Source: Bacillota bacterium (GTDB lineage: Bacteria; Bacillota; Sulfobacillia; UBA995). Taken from it: DNA of 64,000 bases. The notes below the pieces were generated by a model. It was not told the DNA's origin and ran no database searches. It worked only from the letters and a program-made list of their open reading frames with translations. The position numbers and the translations under genes were made by a program. Below, piece after piece: positions 9,235 to 18,019 of the stretch (its first letter is position 1; every line of letters starts with the position of its first letter). The stretch is from assembly GCA_035477115.1 (NCBI GenBank), contig DATIKW010000003.1, positions 118 to 64,117 on the forward strand, in the 5' to 3' direction.

Positions 9235-11573
9235 GCAGCGGCCGGCGGGCTCGGGCCCGCCAGCAACCTCCAGAGCAAAGGGCCGGGGCCGCCGAGCGCC
9301 TTGCGGACTTCTTCGCGGATCACGCCGGCGGCGCGCAGGGCTGCTGCTAGTTCCGGCGGGTCGGGGGTTCCCGGGCCGAAACGGGCCAGCTCGCAGATTC
9401 CGGTCAGCGCGGCCAACGCTTGCCCTGCCGGCGGGCAGGCCAGGCGGCCGCGCTCAAGGTACTCCGCCGGCGTCTCGGCCGCGGCGGGCACGGCACCAAG
9501 CAGGGACAGGTAATGACCGGCCCCCCGGTACACGGCATCAATGGCGGTGCGGCGGTCGTGAAGCCGGGGACGGGTCACGAGCCAAAGCCTCTGAGCCCGA
9601 CGGGCGGTCAGCCAGATCAAGCGTACAGCTACGATCGCCAGCAGGGCCAGCGTTGCGGGCCCGATCCAGCCGCGGAGGGGATGAACCCGTCGCTCCCACT
9701 CGCCGGGAATTCCCCCCTCGATCAGATCGAAAAGCAGGTCGCCCCAACCTTCGCCGGGGTCCCAGCGCTGGCCGGGGAGATCTTGGCCTTCCCGGGGCAA
9801 ACCCGTGACCGGACCGGTGAAGCCAGGGACGAGGGCCGGATCCGGTTCCGGGAAAGCGGGCGTCGGCTCGAAGGTGAACCAGCCCATCCCCGGGATGAAG
9901 ACTTCGACCCAGGCGTGAGCATGCTCATTAGCTACCGGGATATCCACCACGCCCGCGGCCGCCGGCGGGAGCGGCACCGCGAATCCCTCGACCCACCGCG
10001 CGGCCACGCCCACCGACCGCAGGAGGACGACCATCGCCGTCGAGTGGTAGGTGCAGTAGCCTTCCCTCAAGTCGAACAGGAAGAAGTCCACGAAATCACG
10101 GTGCTGGGGTGTGAGCGGGGGCTGTTTCGAATAGGGAATGGCGCGCAAGTATGCCTGGATAGCCTCAGCTCTGGCCAGAGCATCGCCAGCCTGCCGGGTA
10201 ATCGCTCGCGCTAACTCTCCGATTCTGGCCGGGAGGCCGGCGGGGAGTTGGAGGTAATCGTCGCTCACGCTCAGGTTGCGGTCCAGCGGGGCGTTCAGCA
10301 GCATTGGTCGAGGTATACGCGCCAGTACCCGGTACGTCCGTTCGGCCGGAACCCGCCCGTCAACCGAGAGGTTGCCCAGTTCATCGACGCTGACCGCTTG
10401 CGGCAGCCCCTGGATCGCCACGGGATGGAGAGGGCTGAACACTACCCCCGTCCGCAGGCCGACATGCTGTATGGCGATTGCGACCTGCCAGCTTGGAATC
10501 CCGTAGGGATAGGGGAAGGCGATGGTGCCGGGGTCCTCCAACTTCGCCGGGCGGTGGGGACGGCGCCTCCACCCCCGGCCGGTGTACACATCGCGGATGG
10601 ACCCTCGGAGATAGAGCAGGGGACCCGGAGGGGGATTGGCGAGCCGGAGCCGGAGCACGACCTCATCGTCGGTACGGATCGGCCCGCCGAGTTCCTGTAC
10701 GTCCCCCCCAAAACCGGTGACCGCTACCGAGAATTCACCGTCCCCGCCGCCCACGTTCACCACGCCATGTCCCCGCAGGTCGGTCAGGAACGGCAGCACG
10801 TCCACAAACCAATCCGCCACCCGTCCGAGGGGGATGGGGCGAAAGTGGCCTGGCAGCATCGCAGCCGCGCCCGCGGCCAGCCCGACCAGGATGGTAACGG
10901 AGATGATCGTGGACGCCAGCAGCCGGGGCGGCGGGCCAATCCCCGCCGCCAATCCACTCAAGTGGCCTAGTCCCGCGAGCAGACACACGGGCAACAGGTA
11001 CGCCGCAAACGCCAGTGTCGCACCTTCCTGGTGGAGCAACCACGCGACGGCGAAGAAGATGGTGCCCAGAGGCACCAGCACCAGGGGACGGTCCGCTCGC
11101 ACCACTAGGACCGCCACTACCAGGGATGCCAGCATGCCGCTCGTCGCGAGCAGCAACATCAAGACGGCCGGTGCCGGCTCCAGACCATATGACCAGGCGG
11201 TGACACCTTGCTCTACCGTCTGAGTGAGCCAGGCGAGCAGGGAGGGAAAGTCCACCCCGAGCGCCGCGCCCGCCGGCCAGAATACCGCGGCGGCGATCGC
11301 CAGCCCAAGCAAGGTCCATCGCGGGCGACACACCAGCGACCAGGCCAAGGTGACGGCAGCCAGCAGGGCGACGGTCAGATGGGGATAGTGGGTCGCGGGC
11401 AGGGCTGTCCAGTCGGCTAACGGCCGGAGGATGGCGGCCACGACAGCTGCCCCCAGGGCAAAGCGAACGGCCTCCCATACCCGTTGCGCAAACCTCGCGG
11501 CTGCCATGCTCGCGCTAGTACCTCCGGCGGCCCCCCGCCCGGCGCTGTCCGCTGACGGCATCCTTTCCGCCAA
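9138..11573 (-). CDS. Transglutaminase-like multi-pass membrane protein
   Basis: 811 aa. The N-terminal half is polytopic. The transglutaminase core reads EGYCTYHSTAMVVLLRSVGVAARWVEGF ... HAWVEVFIPGMGWFTFEPT. An internal start near MAAARF is possible. Confidence 0.85.
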   Translation of the reverse strand: MAERMPSADSAGRGAAGGTSASMAAARFAQRVWEAVRFALGAAVVAAILRPLADWTALPATHYPHLTVALLAAVTLAWSLVCRPRWTLLGLAIAAAVFWPAGAALGVDFPSLLAWLTQTVEQGVTAWSYGLEPAPAVLMLLLATSGMLASLVVAVLVVRADRPLVLVPLGTIFFAVAWLLHQEGATLAFAAYLLPVCLLAGLGHLSGLAAGIGPPPRLLASTIISVTILVGLAAGAAAMLPGHFRPIPLGRVADWFVDVLPFLTDLRGHGVVNVGGGDGEFSVAVTGFGGDVQELGGPIRTDDEVVLRLRLANPPPGPLLYLRGSIRDVYTGRGWRRRPHRPAKLEDPGTIAFPYPYGIPSWQVAIAIQHVGLRTGVVFSPLHPVAIQGLPQAVSVDELGNLSVDGRVPAERTYRVLARIPRPMLLNAPLDRNLSVSDDYLQLPAGLPARIGELARAITRQAGDALARAEAIQAYLRAIPYSKQPPLTPQHRDFVDFFLFDLREGYCTYHSTAMVVLLRSVGVAARWVEGFAVPLPPAAAGVVDIPVANEHAHAWVEVFIPGMGWFTFEPTPAFPEPDPALVPGFTGPVTGLPREGQDLPGQRWDPGEGWGDLLFDLIEGGIPGEWERRVHPLRGWIGPATLALLAIVAVRLIWLTARRAQRLWLVTRPRLHDRRTAIDAVYRGAGHYLSLLGAVPAAAETPAEYLERGRLACPPAGQALAALTGICELARFGPGTPDPPELAAALRAAGVIREEVRKALGGPGPLLWRLLAGPSPPAAAQPCQPVTRRNSSSSGEKSGDSSPAESPPTTR

Positions 11574-12855
11574 GGACTTCGCCTAACGCGTCCCCGTCCC
11601 GCAATTCATAGATCCGGACACCCTGGTCCCGTAAGTGCAGTGCCAAGCCCCGTTCATTGGCGGCGGCGTCCTGGTCGCCCGCCCGGATCCAGATGAGCAT
11701 CACCGTGAATCTCCGGGCGCACAGCCGTCCCAGCGTCTCGGCCAGCGCGAGGTCGAGGCAGGGGGTGATCGCTGTCACCGTCGACCCGGGAAGCAGTTGT
11801 CGGCTCTCGCGCCGCACGACCTCACCGAGGGGGACTTGACCCTCCGCCTGCATCCTGGCCAGGGCTTCGAGCAGATGTTGGAAGCGGGCTGCTCCCTTGC
11901 CCGGTGCCAGCGAGTGACGCCGGTCGCCTTGGCCCATCAGGCCGAACTCATATCCCCTCTCCCAGGCGTGGTAGGCAAGTGAAGCGGCGACTTCCGCCGC
12001 CAGATCGGTGCTCGTCATGCCGCCGCTGAGTTGCCGCTCGGCAGGCTCGAACAAGTCCACGAACAGCATCAATTGGACGGTGGTCGTGCGTTCATAGTCG
12101 CGCACGTGGAGTTCCCCCCGCCGGGCACTGACCTTCCAGTGGATTAGCTTGGGGCTGTCCCCGGTGCGGAACGGTCGGACCTGGGCCAGGCTCGACAGGT
12201 CCTCGCGCGCCCGCTGGCGGGTGCGCAATGCCCCGAAAGACTGGCCGGCAGGCAGCGACAGACCGGACAGGGGGTGGATGGCGGGGTACACCGTCACCGC
12301 AAAGCGGCTTCCCACTTGCTGGCGGCAAGTGAAGATCCCGAGCGGGTCGCGGGTTTCGATGATCATCGGGCCCAGCCGGTAATGCCCGCGGGCAAGCCGG
12401 GTGGCCAGGCAATAGCACAGGCGGGAACTCAAGGGACCAAGCCACCAGAACTGGTGAGGCAGCCGGATGAAAGTGCGCGTCGGAGCAGGCCAACCCTTGC
12501 CGCGGTGCCGGCCGTCCCCGGGGAGTTCTCCCGGCAGGGGCAAGCGGATCCAGCGCGCTATCGAAGGGTCGCTGAACTGGACCCATGGCACCGGCAGGAA
12601 CCCGTCGTTGGCCAGACGCAACTCCAAGACGGACGCCTCGCCCGCCGTAAGGCGAAGGCGCTCCGCGGTGTAAGTGAGCCGGAGCGATCCGGCAACCGCA
12701 TACAGCCACATGCCGGACAACGCCACCACCCCTGCCAGGGAGTAAAACGCATAGTAAGCATATGCCCCCCCGCCCAGCAGGGCAGCGCCCAGACAGGCCA
12801 GGGCCGTTCCGGGCACCAGGTAGTCCCGGACGCTAATGCGGCGCATGCTCACCAC
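11515..12855 (-). CDS. DUF58 domain protein
   Basis: 446 aa. Two N-terminal TM helices, then the DUF58 core VRPFRTGDSPKLIHWKVSARRGELHVRDYE. Both ends overlap operon neighbours. Confidence 0.85.
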   Translation of the reverse strand: MVSMRRISVRDYLVPGTALACLGAALLGGGAYAYYAFYSLAGVVALSGMWLYAVAGSLRLTYTAERLRLTAGEASVLELRLANDGFLPVPWVQFSDPSIARWIRLPLPGELPGDGRHRGKGWPAPTRTFIRLPHQFWWLGPLSSRLCYCLATRLARGHYRLGPMIIETRDPLGIFTCRQQVGSRFAVTVYPAIHPLSGLSLPAGQSFGALRTRQRAREDLSSLAQVRPFRTGDSPKLIHWKVSARRGELHVRDYERTTTVQLMLFVDLFEPAERQLSGGMTSTDLAAEVAASLAYHAWERGYEFGLMGQGDRRHSLAPGKGAARFQHLLEALARMQAEGQVPLGEVVRRESRQLLPGSTVTAITPCLDLALAETLGRLCARRFTVMLIWIRAGDQDAAANERGLALHLRDQGVRIYELRDGDALGEVLGGKDAVSGQRRAGGRRRY

Positions 12856-13876
12856 CTGACGGCACCCGGATCTCCCTCAACAAGCCTTCGATCACATTCT
12901 CCGCCTTCATCCCGCGGAGTTCGGCCTCCGCGCGCATCAGCAAGCGATGGGACAGCACGGGAACCGCCATGGCCTTGACGTCGTCGGGCAGGACGAACTG
13001 CCGGCCCCGAATCGCCGCGAGCGCCCGGGCCGAGCGGAAAAGCGCGATGCTGCCCCGGGGACTGGCCCCCAGGAAGACGTCCGGGTGGTTCCGGGTGCGC
13101 TCGACGATGCGGACGAGATACGCGCGAAGGTCATTATGCACGAACACCTTCTTGACCTCCCCCTGAGCAGCCAGCACCTCCGCCGGACCGGCCACCGCCG
13201 TCAGGGCCTGTAACGGGTGTTCATGCTCCAATCGGGACAGGACCTCCCGCTCTTCGGCCGGACCCGGATAGCCCAGCCGGATGCGCAACAAGAACCGATC
13301 GAGTTGGGCTTCGGGCAACGGGAACGTCCCCTCGTATTCCACCGGGTTCTGCGTGGCAAGCAGCAGGAAGGGCTGGGGCAAGGGATAACTCCGCCCGTCC
13401 ACCGTGACCTGGCGTTCCTCCATGGCCTCGAGCAGACTGGACTGGGTTTTGGGCGAGGTGCGGTTGATTTCGTCCGCCAGCACGACTTGGCCCATGATCG
13501 GCCCGGGCTGGAAACGGAACTCGCCGCTGGGCTGGTGGAATAGACTGATCCCGACGACGTCGGATGGCAGGAGGTCCGGCGTGAACTGTATCCGCCGGAA
13601 CTCACAGCCCACCGATACGGCCATCGCACGGACCAGCGTGGTCTTGCCGACACCCGGCACGTCCTCGACCAGCACGTGTCCCGCGCTGAACATGGCGACC
13701 AGGATGGTCTCGATCGCCGCGCGCTTCCCTACCATCACCCGCTCGACGTTGCCGAGAACTCGCCCGGCGAGTTCCTGCACCCGGAGACCGTCCACGAACC
13801 GCCCCACCTCCGCCGGCGGAAATTCCTCCCCGGGAAGGTCTTTCCCTCCTCCCCCGATTTCGGGCAAGGGCGCCAC
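12833..13876 (-). CDS. MoxR-family AAA+ ATPase
   Basis: 347 aa. Walker A VEDVPGVGKTTL, FRRIQFTPDLLPSDVVG, and Walker B VLADEINRTSPKTQSSLLEAMEE. Confidence 0.9.
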   Translation of the reverse strand: MAPLPEIGGGGKDLPGEEFPPAEVGRFVDGLRVQELAGRVLGNVERVMVGKRAAIETILVAMFSAGHVLVEDVPGVGKTTLVRAMAVSVGCEFRRIQFTPDLLPSDVVGISLFHQPSGEFRFQPGPIMGQVVLADEINRTSPKTQSSLLEAMEERQVTVDGRSYPLPQPFLLLATQNPVEYEGTFPLPEAQLDRFLLRIRLGYPGPAEEREVLSRLEHEHPLQALTAVAGPAEVLAAQGEVKKVFVHNDLRAYLVRIVERTRNHPDVFLGASPRGSIALFRSARALAAIRGRQFVLPDDVKAMAVPVLSHRLLMRAEAELRGMKAENVIEGLLREIRVPSGGEHAPH

Positions 13877-13968
13877 TCATTGCCGGCGCGGGGACGCAGG
13901 ATACGGCTTGCGGCGGAGCGAAGGTAACGATCTGGTGAAGGTAAGGTGGGCGGAAGGAGGCATACGGC

Positions 13969-14370
13969 TTGTCACCGACACTCGCCACGACAGCACAGGC
14001 TTGCTCGGGCTGCCGGCTGTGTCAACTGGTGTGCGCGCTCGACCACTTCGGCGAGAACAACGTGAAGAAAGCGGCTATCGGCATTCGCGGTCTGTTCCCC
14101 GCTCCCGGACGTTACGACGTCAGAGTGTGCGTCCAGTGTGGGACCTGTGCCGAAGTGTGTCCGGTCGAAGCCATCCGCCTCCGCCATGGGGCCTGGGTTC
14201 TCGATCGCGAGCTGTGTACCGGCTGCGGGGCGTGCATAGCGGCGTGTCCCTGGGGGGTCATGTTCACCCATCCGGGGACACCGGAACCCATCAAGTGCGA
14301 TGCCTGCGGGGAATGCGTGCCGTATTGCCCTCGCAACGTGCTGTGCATCGCGGAGGTGGTCCAGGAATGA
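13969..14370 (+). CDS. Polyferredoxin with four complete CxxCxxCxxxC motifs (AorA-like electron-transfer subunit)
   Basis: 133 aa. Motifs CSGCRLCQLVC, CVQCGTCAEVCP, CTGCGACIAACP and CDACGECVPYCP. TTG start with SD GGAAGGAGG. The stop overlaps the next ATG (ATGA). Confidence 0.85.
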   Translation: MSPTLATTAQACSGCRLCQLVCALDHFGENNVKKAAIGIRGLFPAPGRYDVRVCVQCGTCAEVCPVEAIRLRHGAWVLDRELCTGCGACIAACPWGVMFTHPGTPEPIKCDACGECVPYCPRNVLCIAEVVQE

Positions 14371-16202
14371 GCGACCTCATGGGGTATGGGGGTCGAGTAC
14401 TCCGGGTTGACCTGTCCCGCGGGTCGCACAAGATCGAGCCGCTCGACCCCCGCATGGCCTCGGATTACCTGGGCGGACGAGGGTTCGTGGCCCGCATCCT
14501 GTACTCGGAAGTGCCGAAGGGCGCGGATCCCCTGGGACCCGAGAACCGGCTGGTCATGGCAGCCGGACCGCTCTCGGGCAGTTTCCTGCCTTGTTCGGGA
14601 AAACTGCACCTGGGCGCCAGGTCGCCGGCGACCGGCGGTTACGGCGACGCCAACATCGGCGGCCATCTGGCCATGGAACTCAAACACGCCGGTTATGATG
14701 TGATCATACTGGAGGGTGCGGCGGCAAAGCCATCCTACCTGGTGATCGACGACGATCGGGTGACGCTGAACGATGCCGGAGACCTGTGGGGTCAGGGCAG
14801 CTTCGCGACAGAGAGCCGGCTCAAGGAACTGCTGGGCGAGGACTTTCAGATCGCCACCATCGGCCCGGCCGGCGAGAAACTGGTCAAATTCGCCTGCATC
14901 ACTCACGACTTCGGACGCCAGGCAGGTCGGGCCGGCATAGCCACGGTGATGGGCGCCAAACGCCTCAAGGCGATCGCGCTCCGGGGCACGCGAGGATTCC
15001 CCGTGGCCGATCCGGCGGCGGTGTTGGCGACGGGCAAGACCATGTTCCGGACCATCTTCGGACTCCCCGGGTTCCGCGAGTGGACCCCTTACGGTACGGC
15101 GGGCATAACCGAGTGGGTGAACCAGGTCGGAGCCTTCCCCACCCGCAACTTCCAGACCGGGTTCTTCGAGGACCACGCGGCCATAGGCGGCAAGGCGATT
15201 CGCGATCGGATCCTCGTCCTGGACAAGGGCTGTTTCGGTTGTCCCATCCCTTGCGGCAAGTACTGCCGGATCGAGGTCGACGGCGAGGAAGTCTTCGTGG
15301 AGGGGCCGGAGTACGAGACCGTCGCCATGATCGGGGGCAACTGCGGCCTGGGGCAGATCGAGGCCGTCGCCCACGTCAACGCGGTGATGGACGATCTCGG
15401 GATGGACACGATTTCCGGGGGTAACGTGGTAGCTTTCGCCCTGGAATGCGCGGAACGCGGCATCTTCAAACCCTCGGATACGGGCGGCCGCCCGCTTCGT
15501 TTCGGCGATCTCGACAGCGTACTCTGGTTGACGCGGCGCATAGCAGCTCGGGAAGGCATCGGCGACCTGCTTGCCGAGGGGGTAAAGGCCGCCGCGGCCC
15601 GTCTGGGGGGCGGCAGCGATCGCTTCGCCATCCACGTGAAGGGTTTGGAGGTCAGCGGCTACGAGCCGCGCCATGCGCCGGCTATGGCTCTAGCCTACAT
15701 GACCTGCGACGTGGGCGGCCATCACAACCGCGCCTGGGCCATCACCCACGATGTCGCGGTCGGCCGAGACCGCGTGGAGGGCAAGGCTGCCCGGGTGATA
15801 GAGCTGCAGCACCTGAGGCCCCTGTTTGACATGTTAGGCGTATGCCGCTTCCCCTGGGTGGAAGTGGAGTTCCCGCCCGAGACCTATGCCGACATCTTCC
15901 CGGCCGTCACCGGCGTGAAACGAAGCTGGGCCGATCTGCTGCGCTGTTCGGAGCGGGTCTGGAATCTCACCCGGATGTTCTGGGTACGGCACGTACCCGA
16001 GTTCGGCCGTTCCTGGGATCTCCCTCCTGCCCGCTGGACCGAAGAGGACATCGCTTCCGGCCCTACTCAGGGCAAGCGCTTGGCGCCGCCGACGGTCGCC
16101 CGCCTACTCGATGATTACTACCGGCTGCGAGGATGGGACGAGCACGGCATTCCCACCCCGGCCAAACTCAAGGAGTTGGGACTCGACTACACCCTGACCT
16201 GA
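14367..16202 (+). CDS. aor: Aldehyde:ferredoxin oxidoreductase (tungstopterin AOR family)
   Basis: 611 aa from ATG 14367. MGYGGRVLRVDLS...YLGGRGF N-terminus, the GCFGCPIPCGK cluster region, and DDLGMDTISGGNVVAFALE. Track ORF 13404..16202 is the same frame with a spurious 5' extension that overlaps moxR and the ferredoxin. Confidence 0.9.
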   Translation: MSDLMGYGGRVLRVDLSRGSHKIEPLDPRMASDYLGGRGFVARILYSEVPKGADPLGPENRLVMAAGPLSGSFLPCSGKLHLGARSPATGGYGDANIGGHLAMELKHAGYDVIILEGAAAKPSYLVIDDDRVTLNDAGDLWGQGSFATESRLKELLGEDFQIATIGPAGEKLVKFACITHDFGRQAGRAGIATVMGAKRLKAIALRGTRGFPVADPAAVLATGKTMFRTIFGLPGFREWTPYGTAGITEWVNQVGAFPTRNFQTGFFEDHAAIGGKAIRDRILVLDKGCFGCPIPCGKYCRIEVDGEEVFVEGPEYETVAMIGGNCGLGQIEAVAHVNAVMDDLGMDTISGGNVVAFALECAERGIFKPSDTGGRPLRFGDLDSVLWLTRRIAAREGIGDLLAEGVKAAAARLGGGSDRFAIHVKGLEVSGYEPRHAPAMALAYMTCDVGGHHNRAWAITHDVAVGRDRVEGKAARVIELQHLRPLFDMLGVCRFPWVEVEFPPETYADIFPAVTGVKRSWADLLRCSERVWNLTRMFWVRHVPEFGRSWDLPPARWTEEDIASGPTQGKRLAPPTVARLLDDYYRLRGWDEHGIPTPAKLKELGLDYTLT

Positions 16203-16311
16203 GACGAGCGGCAGGTGCCGCGCGGAATCGCTGCCACGAAAGTAGACTCACGGGCAGGCGAGCGGGTCGTGGTCACGGCCACGATCACGGGGCGATCACG
16301 GTCCCGGTGCA

Positions 16312-16341
16312 GGTAGGGGCGGGTTCGGAACCCGCCCCTAC
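16312..16341. repeat. 30-nt GC-rich palindromic element, copy 1 (REP-like hairpin)
   Basis: GGTAGGGGCGGGTTCGGAACCCGCCCCTAC, identical to 20449-20478. The 11-12 bp stem GTAGGGGCGGG/CCCGCCCCTAC has no trailing T-run. It lies in the AOR to activator intergenic region. Confidence 0.8.
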
Positions 16342-16530
16342 CCGCGAATGCGTCTCAGCCGCCCTGCCACGAGGAGGAGATCTCCCGCCACCCCGCCGTT
16401 TTCCACGAAAGTGCGATCGAGGGGCATGGCGGTCCCTGCGGAATCCCGCCCGCGCCCGTCTGCCCGATTTTCGGCAGGGGAGTGCCGGAAGGCCGTCGAA
16501 ACTAGAAGGCGCAGGGCAGGGGGGAGCGGT

Positions 16531-17961
16531 GTGAACGCCAGGAAGCGCGAGCCGATCGGCCGGTTGGAGAGGGAGTACTTGCTGGCCGTGTTGAACGCGG
16601 TGGACGAGGCCATCCACATCGTGGACGACAAGGGGTTCACCGTCTTCTACAACGATAAGGCGGCGCGCTACGAGCGGCTGGAAGCCCAGGAGATCGTCGG
16701 GAAGCACATCCTGCAAGTGTACCCGTCACTGCGCCCAGGGGACTCCACACTGCTGGAAGTGCTGCGTACCGGGCGTCCGGTGCTCAACCGGCAGCAGACT
16801 TTCACCACCGAGAAGGGGCACACGGTCACGGTGCTTGCCTCAACCTTTCCCGTGTATCGGGGCGCCGAGTTCATCGGCGCCGTCGACATCTCCCGCGACA
16901 TCACTGAAGTGCGAGACCTGCTCGACAAGATCCTCGTCCTCCAGAACCGTTTCACCCGCCTCACCCGGTCCGGCCGACCCGCCGATGCCGTGCCGCCAGC
17001 CCGCTATACTTTCGGTGATCTGATAGGAGAAGACCCGCGTCTGCGGGCCGTCAAGGCCCTTGCGGCCCGTGCCGCCGGGACCACTGCTCCCGTCTTCCTG
17101 TTCGGGGAGACGGGCACGGGCAAGGAACTGCTGGCCCAATCCATCCACAATGCCAGTCTGCGGCGCGATCGCAGCTTCATCGCCCAAAACTGCGCGGCAA
17201 TCCCCGCTGACTTGCTGGAAAGCATCCTGTTCGGATCGGTGCGGGGAGCTTTTACCGGCGCTCATGACCGTCCCGGCTTATTCGAGGCAGCGGACGGAGG
17301 TACCCTCTTTCTCGATGAACTGACCAGCCTGCCGATTGCCCTACAACCCAAACTCCTGCGGGTGCTTGAAGACGGCTATCTCCGGCGGGTGGGCGGGATC
17401 AAACCGGTCCCGGTTGATGTGCGGATCCTCGCATCCGGCAACCTCGAACCCACCCGCGCGGTACACGAAGGCAAGCTGCGGCGAGACCTGTTCGCCCGTT
17501 TGAGCAGCGTGTGCCTCGAACTCCCTCCCTTGCGCGAGCGCCGGGGAGACATCCCCGGCCTGGTCGAGCACTTCCTGTTGAAGCACGGCGGAGAGGTCGG
17601 GAGCCGCACCCGTCTGGCGCCCGAAGTCGAGTCGGTGTTTGCCCGATATGACTGGCCGGGTAATGTCCGGGAACTGGAAGGAGCGATTCAGGGCGGCCTG
17701 GTATTGGCCTTGGGCGAGGCTTGTCTGAGGGGACAGCATCTCCCCGCCCATATCGGCCGGCTCGCCGAAAGGGGCGACACCTGCTCTCCGACGGAATCCG
17801 ATGCGACCCTGCGAGAACTCCTCGAGGGCCATGAGCGCAGCCTCATCCGGGCGGCCCTTGCCCGCGCCGGAGGAAACATCTCGCAGGCCGCCCGCATCCT
17901 TGGTTTGCCCCGCCAGACTCTGCAATATCGAATGCGATCGCTCGGCGAACGGGAATGCTGA
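16531..17961 (+). CDS. Sigma-54-dependent transcriptional activator with N-terminal PAS domain and C-terminal Fis-type HTH
   Basis: PAS-like LLAVLNAVDEAIHIVDDKGFTVFYN. AAA+ core with GETGTGKE, GAFTGA and LFLDEL. HTH GNISQAARILGLPRQTLQYRMR. GTG 16531 is preceded by GGGGGGAG; the track ORF begins at 16348. Confidence 0.85.
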   Translation: MNARKREPIGRLEREYLLAVLNAVDEAIHIVDDKGFTVFYNDKAARYERLEAQEIVGKHILQVYPSLRPGDSTLLEVLRTGRPVLNRQQTFTTEKGHTVTVLASTFPVYRGAEFIGAVDISRDITEVRDLLDKILVLQNRFTRLTRSGRPADAVPPARYTFGDLIGEDPRLRAVKALAARAAGTTAPVFLFGETGTGKELLAQSIHNASLRRDRSFIAQNCAAIPADLLESILFGSVRGAFTGAHDRPGLFEAADGGTLFLDELTSLPIALQPKLLRVLEDGYLRRVGGIKPVPVDVRILASGNLEPTRAVHEGKLRRDLFARLSSVCLELPPLRERRGDIPGLVEHFLLKHGGEVGSRTRLAPEVESVFARYDWPGNVRELEGAIQGGLVLALGEACLRGQHLPAHIGRLAERGDTCSPTESDATLRELLEGHERSLIRAALARAGGNISQAARILGLPRQTLQYRMRSLGEREC

Positions 17962-17969
17962 GTGCACCC

Positions 17970-17985
17970 TGGCAAGACAATTGCA
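17970..17985 (+). promoter_or_regulatory. Sigma-54 (-24/-12) promoter upstream of kamA
   Basis: TGGCAAGACAATTGCA matches the consensus TGGCAC-N5-TTGCW, with correct GG-N10-GC spacing. It lies 9 nt after the activator stop and about 35 nt before AGGAGG and the kamA start. Confidence 0.7.
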
Positions 17986-18019
17986 TGAACGCTGGGCGAA
18001 GAATCGGCGTAGGAGGCGA

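Noticed and set aside
13899-13971. Duplicated decamer ATACGGCTTG (13901-10 and 13962-71) upstream of the ferredoxin gene, and possible -24/-12 elements there
   Set aside because: The second copy is simply the SD-to-TTG start region. The GG...GC spacings are 9 nt (first copy) or end in GT (second copy), so neither fits a sigma-54 promoter. A single 10-mer repeat is weak evidence for an operator.
13404-14366. 5' extension of the AOR ORF (track ORF 13404..16202, 932 aa)
   Set aside because: The extension overlaps moxR on the opposite strand and the ferredoxin gene in another frame, and it is Arg/Ser/Pro-rich. The AOR homology begins at ATG 14367, which overlaps the ferredoxin stop.
16348-16530. 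N-terminal 61 aa of the sigma-54 activator track ORF
   Set aside because: The segment is Arg/Pro-rich and runs across the intergenic repeat region. GTG 16531 has a proper SD and is where the PAS-domain homology starts.
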